From positions 14,886,770-14,950,769 of the forward strand of contig CM119271.1 of NCBI GenBank assembly GCA_051294375.1: a stretch of 64,000 bases of DNA, in the 5' to 3' direction. Below are positions 48,477 to 60,300 of the stretch, one piece after another. The position numbers and the translations under genes are program-made. The DNA comes from Paraspadella gotoi. Its lineage: Eukaryota; Animalia; Chaetognatha. Within the stretch, counting starts at the first letter, position 1; the number at the start of each line of letters is the position of its first letter. Below the pieces are notes generated by a model that saw only the letters and a program-made list of their open reading frames with translations, was not told the origin of the DNA and did not search any database.

Positions 48477-51400
48477 ATGGAAATCGACGACCCACCGCCG
48501 CTGCCGGACAACGTGATGGTCGAGGTGCGCCTCTTCATCCTCGGATGTTCGGCCAAGCCGGTGGAGACTTCGGGCGTGGCGTCTCTCTACTCGCCGGAAC
48601 AGGCCCAGCTGGCCATGCATCTCCTCCGGACGCTACCTTGCGCCAGATCGGCTGTCTTCGAGTATCTGTGCAACGTTTTCGACGAGGCGGTCAGGTGCCA
48701 CCTGGTCTACAAGAACACCCGGGGCAACTCTAATCAGGCGAGTTGTCATCAATGTTCGTGTTTAATAATGATTTATATTGAACATTTCTTGACTCCTTAG
48801 TCGACTTCCGACTTGGAGACTCTCAATTCCGTCGTCGCCCGCGTCGAATCCCTTCTCCTCGACTTTGTCTCCACGAATCCCCTTTCGTGGGCGCCCATCG
48901 TCTCCGCCTGGTCCATCGAACTCCTCGGCCAAATTTCCTCCAAGTATTCCCAGCAGTTTGTCCGCGGCGCCAACGCCTCCAACGTCGCCCTCCAGGAAAT
49001 GTTCCAAGTCTTCACCACCTGCCCCTCCTCCGCCTCTCTCCTGGAGATCACATCCCGCTGCGTCTCCACCCTCATCGCCTCCTGCCCCGATCTCTGCGTC
49101 AACGAACTCCTCAACACTTCCGTTCGCCACGCCCCCGCCTTCGATTGGGTCGTCGCCCACGTGGGGTCGCGTTATCCGCGGACGATCATCTCGAGAGTCA
49201 TCAACGTCGGCCTTCGGGACTTTTGCACCTACCACTGCCGAAGGGACGGACTCGGCGGGGGCGCTAAACGCGAACCTGGCGCGCCGGGCCCGACCGCTGT
49301 CAAACAGGAAGCCCTACTCTCGGCCAAAATGTCCTCGGTCACGGGCATCCTCAACTACCTGGCCACTCGCGGACACAAGGGCGACATTCACCTCGCCTTC
49401 CACTCGATGTTTCAGGATTCTCTGTCGCCGCTAGACGCACCGGACGAGGACGATGGCGGATCGGCGGTGAGTCTCAATTTAGAGGCGTCGCTGCAGCTGG
49501 CCACACTTCCATACCTCCTTCATCTCGCCTCTCTCTCTCCCGCACTCTGGAAAATCCTTGCTCCCGATCTTGTCGCCAGCTTCTCCAAGCCGGCGACGCT
49601 GAGGCAGCTGGCCGAGCATATAGAGACTTGGTTGGCCGAAACGCTCATCATAGGGTAAGTTAATTTTATCTTAGGTAAGACGTCCTTACCTTTTCGTTAA
49701 ATTCCTCTCTCTCTCTCTCTCTTTTAGCTACCGTCAGCAGCTCCTCGCTCTGACGGTTCGCCTCATTTGCCAAACTGATGATTCACTCGCACTTGACATT
49801 TACGACCTTCTACTGCGTACGGCCGACCCCGAGTCATTCACCGCCAACGACGAAGACGACGACGACGCCGACGATGAAGCGCCTTTCGTTCCAGACGTGG
49901 TTCGCGGCGTCGCCCTCACCATCCTCGACCACCTCATGCTTACCTTGCAACGCCGCGTCCACGCCTCCTTTAAAGATCGCGCCGACGTTCCCTTCCTCAT
50001 CGCGCTAAAACCCAACTGGTCGGCGCTCTGTCAGACGTTAACGAGGGAGTCCGGGATGGCGCCGCGGCTGGAATCCGGCGTTGTGCGGCTGCTGTCGTAC
50101 CTGGCGCTGCAATCGGAATCGTTGATGGGCAACGTTGTGTCTCATGTGCTGCTGGACTCGCAGACGCCACGAAAGGCGCTGCTGTTCTTTGCCGTCGTGT
50201 CAGGAGTTCAGACTGCGACGGCGCACGTGATGTCGGTCGTGTTGCAAGGCTTCGTCGAGTCACTCCTTTCCCTTTCCGACGAGACTGTCGTCCATCGCGC
50301 TCTCGTCAACCTCGATCACATCCTTCGAGCCGAACGCGTCAACAACCGCCTTCCCTCCTCCTCCGCCGCCGCCCCTTCCCGGCCCGGGCTCATGCCCCTG
50401 CCGGTCATTCGCGAGTGCCTCCGTTCGGCCCCGACCCTCGCCGCTCTGGCCCGCGTTCTCGCCGCCTTTCCATCGGCTCGTGTCTTGTCGCGATGTCTGC
50501 GGTTACTTCTCGTTTTGGGTTTGAATCGGTAGGTTTCCCTGGAGAGATTTAATCTTAATTTAAACTGTAAACTGACCTAAAAACGATTTCTCCCAAAGAT
50601 CGTCGATGGCGTCGTCGACTCTCCTCGCCGCCGGCGTCGCCATCAACTTCTTCAAATTGGCGTCGGAGTCGTCGTCGTCGGCGGCGGCGGCGGCTCCGGC
50701 GCGGGCCGAGTCCGTCAAAACGATGAGACTCTGTTCCCAATTCCTCGCCAGACTGTGCCAGCGATCGCCTTCGATCAGGGCCGTCGTGCTGAGGGCGTTG
50801 TTGGAGGGATGCTTGAGCAAGGAGTTCGGAAATTTGTTCTCGACGCCGTCCGAACGTCAAGTGAGAACATTTATTTGTTCGTTTCTTTCATTCCTTCCAA
50901 TTCGTTCGTTTCTTCCTTCATTTCTTTCGTTCACTTTAATATCTCTCTCCCTCCCCCTCCCTCTCTCCCCCCAGTCTCCTCCAACCATTTCCGACTCGTC
51001 TCGAATCGGCGGTCATTCCTTCTCCACTGAGCCCATTGCCGCCGTCGTCGGCCTCAAGGACGACAACCTCTCCCTGCCCGCGCGCCGCTCGGGTCGCTCC
51101 CTTCCCTCCGGCGTCATCGGCGAGGGTTTACGGCGTCGGTCGTCCGATAACGCCGCCCGCGCCGCCGACGTGGACGACGACGCAGCGAGAAAGTTTAACA
51201 AAGCCGTTTTGATGGAGACATTTTACAGGTGAAAGGATCATCTACATCTTGATGAGAATTTTGATCTCTTAACTTGTGCTTGATGCTGCAGATGTTGCTG
51301 CAACCAAGAACTGGAAGACCTAGCCGAGACGTCGTCGGCCGGTTCAGTGGTGGCGCCCCCGAAGAAGCCCCCGCGACTCGCCCCTTCCAAGGCGGCGGCG

Positions 51401-52302
51401 ACGAGCCTCTCCCATCTCCTTGTCGACCTGGTTTCGCCCGACGTTCTTTCCAACGGCGTCGCTTGGCCGGAGGAAGACGCCGTCCGTCACACCGTCGAGA
51501 GGGACCTCACCATCAAGAAGAGGCTGCAGGAGCACGAGGTCGGCTTTCGTGGAATGTTTTATAGATAAATGCTCCCTCTATTTCCGGAAGACAACACCCC
51601 TCCCAATAATAGATGAATAACAATATATAATTTTATATATATATAATTTTATACCTTAGGTTATCATTGATATCCTCGACCTCGTGGCCAAGGGCGGCGC
51701 CGCGGCACTCCTTCCTTCCATGGTCATTCTCCGTGCCTGGACAGCGGCGCTCATTCTCTTTTGGGATTCGAACCGGGATTCCAATCCCGGCGCCGCCTCC
51801 TCCACTTGGTAGGGTCCTTGTTTTATTGCTATCATAATAAAGTCTCTAATAAAAAAGGTAATAATTAATTAATTAATATAAAAACCGGTTAACAGGTACT
51901 ACGGGGCCTCGCTACGACTAATCAGAATTATGGCGGTGGGAAATCTCCTGCCTCATCCCCTGGCACACTCGGACGAGCTCTTCGAGTTTACTGCGCCTTT
52001 CGAGAGGTGAAACAATGGAGTGATGAGGCGATCGATTCTCCAATTCGATGTCTTCTTAACTTCCTTCTCCTCCCCCGCCCCCCCCCAGATATCTCCTCCT
52101 CGCCAACATCTGGCGTTTCATGAAGGAAGTTCCGCTCGCGGGCGACGCGGACGACGAAGCCATCGAGGCGCGCCTCCGCGACGTCGACCCCAAATTCGTC
52201 GAGGTCATGCGGTCGGTGCTGAACGCCAACATCGCCGGCGCCAGTCACCTCTTCGGCTTTTTGTTTCCGGCCGATTCCGACAAGATGGCGTCCGCGACGT
52301 GA
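48477..52302 (+). CDS. INTS5: Integrator complex subunit 5, about 9 exons
   Basis: LLRTLPCARSAVFEYL, WAPIVSAWSIELLGQISSKY, FDWVVAHVGSRYPRTIISRV..GLRDF, WPEEDAVRHTVERDLTI, LPHPLAHSDELFEFTAPFERYLLLANIWRFMKE. Confidence 0.93.
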
Positions 52303-53267
52303 GACGTTTCTCTTTTTCTGAGAAAAGAATTTGAAAGAGATTTAAATCTTTGGTTTCGTTTCTGGGAGACATTTTGAACCAAATTGGAACGGAAACTTGG
52401 CGGGACTTGGAATTACAGCTTCGTCGAAAAAGCGACGAAGACTGAGAAATCTCTCCTTCTCTCCTGCGCGGCTGAAGAGTCTCTCTCCCTCGGGTTTACA
52501 TTCATCCGTCTAGGGGACGGACGGGACTCACAAGTTTACTCGAGATGGCTTGAGTTAATCCCGATTCCCCCCCCCCCAAATGCCATTGATAATACCTTTT
52601 TCTGCAAATGTGATTATAGTTAATTTACTGTTAGTTTTATTTTCTTTTTACAGATATATTTTTTTTTTCGCAAAGAGAGCGTTTTTACGAAACCAACTCA
52701 TTCTCGTACCACCACAGTCTCTTTCTGATGACGACTACCGAGTCACGATGGAGTGACCTTAAATAATCTCGCGGATTCTCCTACTCCTTTGCCCGAGGAG
52801 AATCAGGTGGGCATTTTATATTTTTATCATTCTACATTTGATTTGGGGGATAAGGATTAAAGCAGAAAATAACAGTTCTGAGGCTAATGCGGAGTACGAT
52901 ACAGTATTTTTTTCGATCTCATACTTAAGCCCTAAGTATTCGCTATTCACTATTCAGCCTAAAGTTAACGGAATGATCCTTTTATTCAATAGAATCAGGT
53001 TCAAAACTTTATATACAACTACATTGATAAGTTAATAAACTCGACTGAAAGCTGGCAAGGTCCCGCTATCGCTATCGCGGCTGTTTTTATCTCGTAAGCT
53101 TGTCAAAAGTCACTGGAGATATAACTTCGTATTTATTGAATGAATGGATAATTTTTTTTTAGCCTATTGCACCAATTTCATATTTCGCTTAGCAAGAATC
53201 CATCCAAGTTTTTTCTCTCCTCCCGTCCCAAGTTTCGGCCCCCTTTCTCCTCCGCCTTCTCTTAACG

Positions 53268-55653
53268 ATGGATTACTTCTTCGACACATCTGCCGCGGCC
53301 ACTTATGGCGGCGACTTTGACTTCTCCTCCCAAACGACGTCTCCGTCGATGATGACTTCGTTGCCCGACTTTTCCGGCGGCGTCGGCTCCTCTTGTCTGG
53401 ACCCTGGCGGCGCCTTTTCATTTTACGGCGCTTCCACCGACCCTTCGGTCGATGGCGCCGGTTTCCCCGCTTCGTCGGACGCTTCCTCCCTTTCGGCGAC
53501 GGAAACGACGGTGCCCGACGCAGCGGCCAATGGCGCATCAGCAGCCGCCGCCGAGCAAGTGTCGTCGTCGTCGTCTTCGTCTGAGGCGTCGACTAGGATC
53601 GAATCTCCGTCTTCCGGCCAAACGCGGGATCCAACTTCGGGTTCCAACGAAGGCTCATTGGACGATCACGCCGCCGCGGCGTCTTCATCCTCTTCCGCAA
53701 CTTCTGTCGCCGACTCGGGCTACTCCGACTTTCCGACGTCATCGTCGTCTTCAGAGACGATTCCCCCACCGACCGCCGAGGAAACCGACTCAACCGCCGC
53801 AGACTCAGCCGCCGCCGCTGCCCCGCCGGAAGAACCCACCATCGACATTAACGTCAACAACGTGGTCTGCTCCTTCTCGGTCCGGTGCCACCTCAATCTT
53901 CGCAAGGTGGCGTTGGAGGGTTGCAATACCGAGTACAATCGGGAGCGCGCCATGGTTTGCATGAAGTTGCGCAATCCGCGAATCACCGCCTCCATTTGGA
54001 ACTCTGGCAAGATCACGTGCATCGGCGCCACCAGCGAGAATGACGCTAAAAAGGGGGCGCGCCGCGTGGCGCGGATTTTGTCGCGCATGGGAATGAACGT
54101 GCACTTTTGTCGGTTTCGCGTCGTCAACGTCCTCGCCTCTTGCACGATGCCCTTCGCGATCCGACTGCATAAGTTCTCGGAGAAATATCCAAAGGTAGGA
54201 GCGGTTGGTTTTGACGTAGAGGGGTTAATACTAATAGGGGAAGCCGGGTGGGGGGAGCATTAAGTCGAGAGAGAGAGAGAGAGAGAAAAAAAAAATATCG
54301 CAGAGTACGACAGTTTTCCTCGTTAGTATTAATAAATAATAATAATAATAATAATAATTAAAAAAATAATTGAATTATTGAATGAATGCGTTTTCCATTC
54401 AACAAGATCGGTACATACAATGTGTTGCGCCGCAGTGACTTTCTGTTCACGTGCATTTTTCTGTGATTACATGAAATTTATGTATAACAAATGTCTTATG
54501 GTTACTACTGTGCAAAGTTTTATTTCAAACAACCAGACATTACACGAAATATGCCGTATTTACTTTATGATCACGTGACCGTACTTTTTCACGACTACAC
54601 AAGTATGAAACGCATGCACAAGAAGCATTTAGTAATGTCTTACCAGTCTGCCAAGTATTAACTAAAATAACTTTCTTAGTTTGTGTATTTATGACACGTA
54701 CTGCATCGGAATTCTGTCTTTATAGTTTTAGGATTTCCTGAAGGCGGCGCTAGCAGTTACTTAGATTTGAGGTTTTTTCCTGTCTTAACAAATGACTACA
54801 TAATGAGTACATATAGGCGAGTACATAATGAGTATTTTTAACTTTAGTGGGTCAAACAGATCGAAAAGTGACTTATAGAGTAATTAAATAATGAAGGTGT
54901 TATCCCTTCCAGTATTCTGGAGTTTTCAACTTCGTATGCCGTCAGTTTTAATTATACTCTTCTTATTCATCATTGAAATTTTATAATCTCTTACAAACTC
55001 GCCCCGGATTCGCTCGTCAGCAAGTGGAATACGAACCGGAACTTCATCCGGGCGCCACCTACAAAATTAAGAATCCCAAAGCGTCACTGAAAATTTTCTC
55101 AACGGGTTCCATCACGATCACAGCCCCTGTCGTCTCTCACATCCAAAGCGCCGTCGAGCATATTTATCCGCGGTGAGAGAGAGAGAGGGGTGGGAGAAAG
55201 AGAGAGGGGGAGAGAGAGAGAGAGACTCTTTCATCTAATCCCCCTCTTTTATTCCTTCAGGGTCAAGGAATTTCGCATGGACGAAAGGGACAAAGAATCC
55301 GGCGAAATGGCGAATCTCGTTCCCAAGGTGAAAAATTATTAATTATTAATTTATCATTAATATTCATATTCATTCCACGTTCGATAGGCTTTCGTTCCGC
55401 TAAACACGAAGCACGGAAGAGTCAAGCTGGTCCCCAAGGGACCCTTTCACTCCAAATACAAACAAGTCGGTCAAGATCTCTTCACATTTTAAATTGATTG
55501 ATTTTTCTTGTCTCATCCTGTATTTATATCCGTTTACAGGTGATTCACCAACAAGATTTAGTAAAACGAGCGATCCAACAAGTCAAAGATATTGAGACCA
55601 GCGACGACGACCCAATGTACATGGGATACGACGATTCCGACGAAGAGTGCTAG
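53268..55653 (+). CDS. TBPL1: TBP-like factor TRF2/TLF with long acidic Ser-rich N-terminus, 5 coding exons
   Basis: Exons 53268-54193, 55021-55172, 55261-55327, 55388-55465, 55540-55653. NNVVCSFSVRCHLNLRKVALEG, KLRNPRITASIWNSGKITC, YEPELHPGATY, IFSTGSITITAP. Confidence 0.93.
54424..54842. mobile_element. Second, inverted and longer copy of the AGTTGCGCCGC MITE family in a TBPL1 intron
   Basis: GTTGCGCCGCAGTGACTTTC, ATGAAATTTATGTATAAC and CACGTACTGCA match the reverse complement of blocks in 47650-47936. Confidence 0.7.
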
Positions 55654-57367
55654 CATTTTTTTTATATTAAGAATTTTTTTGTTATACAGCATATCTTATT
55701 GCGAAGAAAGCATTTCGTCGCTCGAAAAAAAGGCCTCCTCGAAAAATCCCGGGGGGAGATAGCCTTTCGATGGTATTGCTTTAAAACAATGGTTTGGGAT
55801 TCGTTTTGAAGGCAAAATCAATTTACATTTGTGGTCGGTTTTCAAAAAAAATTTGGGTCGCGCGCTTATATGTTTTTCCCCTGGTAGGGAAAAAGGGAAA
55901 TAAGAAAAACAACTCAATACTCGGTTTCTGAACGTAACCCGGAAGAGTGGTTATTTAAAATTTAGAGAAAAGCGTAGTCCTCCCCCCCCCCTTTCACTAC
56001 CAGTTTTCTTCTCTTCTTTTCCCTTCCTCTCTCCTCTCCCCTCTCCCCCTTGCCCCGCAATATCCTTGACAACGAACTCTGATGGAAGACCTTTTTAACT
56101 GATGGCTTGAAATACTCTGAAAAAGTTTTTCTCTAGTTTAGGCGAGCTCTCTTTCAACCCCACCACCCACCCTACCTTCCAGCCTTTCAGCTCGCATTAG
56201 CGATTTAGTTATTATTTTTTATTTTGTAGTTAGGCCGTTTGAACAGTGCAAATATGTATATGTTAAAGTTGTAGGTTTTTTAACAACTTGGTTGCAAAAA
56301 TAAATGGTTTTTCTTATAAAAAAGGAAGGGGGGGAATTTTTCATCCAGTGAGCTATGGTCAAATGATAAATTATTAAATAGAATTCAAATGATCAAAATT
56401 AGAACGACAGTATCGGGAATTTTACTTTTGTTTTACGGCCGTTTTGCGGGATAGATTTTTAACAAATGCTTCGTAATAGCAATACAGTATGTAGGAAGAT
56501 AAAGTTTAAAGATTTTGATAATGTAAATATGTTATTGATAATTTTTCTTTAGTCCTTATTTCCTTACGCTCTATTTTTGAGTATCAGGCGCTTCTCGTCA
56601 GTTTTGTTAAATATGAATAATAATATTGCTAATTATTGCTATTTAACCAAAAGTGAACGAAAACAAAACGAATAACATCGTTTGTTTGTTTCAAACCTTT
56701 ATCGAACAATGATTATTTTTTGGATACAAGAATTTAATTCGTTCAATTGTTTTGTTTGTTTTTTTAACTTTGATACTACGACGCGAAATGATAGGAAATT
56801 CGCTGTACTTTAATTTTAAAAAGATCCATTTATTTATCGCGTTTCAAAACGAAGGCAATAAATAAAACAATTATAATTTGTCACAAGATACGTGACACGT
56901 GATACGCGTTTTTGCCGTCGCTTCCCGTTTAATTTCTTCTTTTTTTTTATCTAGTGATTCTTATAATTCTAAATCGATTCAATTATTTTATTAAACTTTC
57001 CCATTTATTCTTGCAATCGTCATCACAATATTTTCTTTTTCTATTTCCAATTCTTATTTCCCGCCTTCTCTTTTCTAATTTCCCGCCTTCTCTCCATTTT
57101 TTCATCTTCATCCTGAGAGGTGTCGTAATGAGAGACCTACCTTCTCTTTTTATTTTTTTAAAGGGCAAGTCTAAAACTAACGTTTCTCTAGATATTAAAT
57201 ACAAACGAAAAGTCTTTATATTTCAATAAATTATCATGTTTTGTCCTAATTTCTCTGTAGTTTAAACCATGATTCGCTCCTCGTTAACGAATCCCGACGA
57301 GACTCGCATCAATAAGAACGGATAATAAGGGCCAACTGCCTTCCCCCCCACCCCCCTCGTGGTCGCC

Positions 57368-60300
57368 ATGGCGACCTCGGCGTTGTTGCTCGAATTCTTG
57401 ACCTGCTTCTGCGTTTCCCTCTACCTTCTTCACAAATACGGAGATTTGCGGCGCCAAAACGTCTTTTCTTCCGTGGCGACGCTCGCCGCCTGGTGAGGAA
57501 ACAAGGAATTGAATGAGAAGACACTACAATGGAATGTCTTTGCATTATTTGCAAAACTAAATTATTATTAAACCTTATTGAAAGTGACCCTAAATTTGTA
57601 AGATAAAACTTTTAATAAACCAAATCAAAATATACGATAAATAATCTAAACTGCTACAAATGTGCAAATGAGATTGAAGAACTTAATCTCATTTGAAATT
57701 AACAACCGCATCCGCAACAAAAATCTCTTAAATCTCGCAATATTCCTTATCCCCTACAACCCCCCCCCCGGGCATCTTCCAGGTTCGTCTCTTTCCTCCT
57801 CGTCTTCACTCTTCCCATCGAATCGCCTCCACCTATTATCGCCAATGCCTCCGCGACGCCTCCGACGATTCCACCACCGCCTCCATCGCGCCTTTCTCCT
57901 CCTCCCCCACCCTGGATCCCAACCGGACTTTTTCGCCCCCCGAGGCCAACGCCTCAGCCACGCCCACTTCCGCCGCCGATCTCGCCTCTGCCGCCGCCCT
58001 CGTCTCCCCCAACGCTTCGTCGACGTCGTCGACAGACTGCGAAAAGCCCTGGACCTACGCGACCGACGAGACGCTTCGCGGGATTTTTAGGGTCGTCTAC
58101 TGGACGTCCCAGGTCCTGACCTGGATAGTCCTTCCACTCATGCAGGTATAGGTCGCGGAGGTTGCCCTTTTGAACTATAATGGAAGGTTATGTAATGATT
58201 AAAAAAAAAGATATCTTGTAAGAGGGATGAAGGCCTCAACTATAGCCTGTTTAAAGTCAAGGGCAAAATAGCTTATTGAATAAATGGATTATTTTTATGT
58301 TGGTTGATTTAATTTCAGGACCTACCCCGTGTCCGTTCGCGAGTGACACCAAAAAAAAGTGGACCATTTCTCATTGAATAATTTTTTTTTAAATTTTTTT
58401 TCTTCAATCTGTAGCAAAGTACTGGGCGTTTATTATATTTTAATTTCATAAGATTAATTTGATATTTACTTATGTAAAACAACTTTTCTTTAATGGTCAT
58501 CCAATTTCATCTTCAGTAAAAAACTGAATCTTTTTAAAAAAGAAAATCATTATAAATTAATTACTCATGAAACTTATACATAAAAAACGTCAAGTAGTTC
58601 TCCAACTAATGATATACTTATGAATTATGTTTATTAAATATTTAAAGTATAGTAAAGATTTTTTTGGTGTCACTCGTGAACGGACACAGGGTAGTAAAAA
58701 AGAATTAGAAATATTTATCAAAATGAACTTTTACTTATTCCCTTTCCTTTATCTTACCGCAGTCCTACGCGTGGGCTGGCGAATTCACCGTGGCGGGAAA
58801 ACTCAAATCCGCCATCATATACAACGCCATCTATTACGGTTCCTTTTTACTCATCTTCGGCGTTCTTCTCATTTACGTCGCCGCCAGCAAAGGACTCACC
58901 GCGTCGGGACTCAAGGTAAGCTTTGATCATAAGTAAGGTCTCATTCATTTTTAAAAACCACCAAACTTTCTAACTTAACCAGGTGATCTGCATCACGGCC
59001 TCTAATACGTGGGGCCTCTTCCTCCTGGTCCTGTTGCTAGGATACGGCCTCGTCGAAGTGCCGCGCGTAGTCTGGAACTCGTGCAACCGAAACCTGGCCC
59101 TGTCGCAGACCCATTTTAAGATCGCCAAGATGAGCACCGACAAGAGGTAATGATTAATTAATAATAATCTATTACTAATAGTAATAGTTTACGAATCTAT
59201 TGGCATCTTCCCCCCCCCCTCCACCACAGCGAAGCGGAGGAAGAGATTGAGGATTGCCTGGAGGAAGTAAAGCGGGCGGCGGAGGTGATCACCTACAACC
59301 ACCCCCACCGACGCTTCGTGGAGATCATCCTCTCCAAATGCCCCGACACCATGAGGGATTCCATCCGGCCTTGCACCATGGACGACTTTCAGGATTACGA
59401 GGACGACGGATCACCCAAGGCGCGGATCGACGTTCCCTCGGAGAAGACGCTGGGTGGGTGACTGGACTGGGTTGGGAGGGTGGGGCTGGATGTGAGCGAA
59501 TGGGATACTGGAGTGAAAAGGGGCTCACTCGCTAAGATTTTATGGAAGTGAGCTTTTGTTCGGAAATACGGGCATTACACCCTTAGTCGAATTTTAAAAC
59601 AGAAAGAACACATTAAACTCAATCTCCTATTTTAATTTCGTTTTGATTTATATATAAATATATATTTATAAATGACTTTCTCTCTCATTTTGCCCAGTCC
59701 GTCTTCACGTCCGCGTGATCAGAGCGATGCAGGCCTACAATCGGACGCAGGCGCAGTGGGAGTCTCTGGTCGAACGCGCGCTCGAGTTGGAAGACGAAGT
59801 CAGAAACATCGCCGCCACTCACAGGTCTGGATAATAAGAGGATTATGTTGAATGTTCATTGTTAATGATTGGTAAAATTTAACTATTGTTAATAATACAT
59901 TCATCTTGCCTATTATCATCAGAACCTTCACGAAATCCTCTGCGACGGCGAAGGGGGAGTCGCCTTCGTCTCCCGGAATCGCGACGCGGATCATCGATTC
60001 TCTCGTCTGGACTCCCACAGTCGAATGGTTCGCCCAAGACATTCCAATCGCAAACCACAATCATCGACGAATCCCATTTGTTTTTTCTGTTGTTGTTTCA
60101 GGTACTGGAGATGCTTGATCCGACCCAACCTGCTCCGCGTCGTTGCCATCTGCTTCGCCGTCCTCTCGGCTATGGTAAGTGTCGAGATCTTTGACGAGTA
60201 TGTAACTAAATTTATTTGATTTTATTCCAAACCGGTGGCTGCGGCCAATACATATAAAACACTTTCAAGAGCTTAAACTGAACTGTTACTGTGGCACTAA

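Noticed and set aside
52725-52760. CTGATGA followed by a short stem upstream of TBPL1
   Set aside because: Lacks the GAAA half of the hammerhead core and has no clear box D partner.
56888-56905. CACGTG E-boxes (also 16727, 44332, 54571) as MITF/TFEB CLEAR sites
   Set aside because: Short motifs, imperfect CLEAR match, one lies inside a MITE; cannot be supported from sequence alone.
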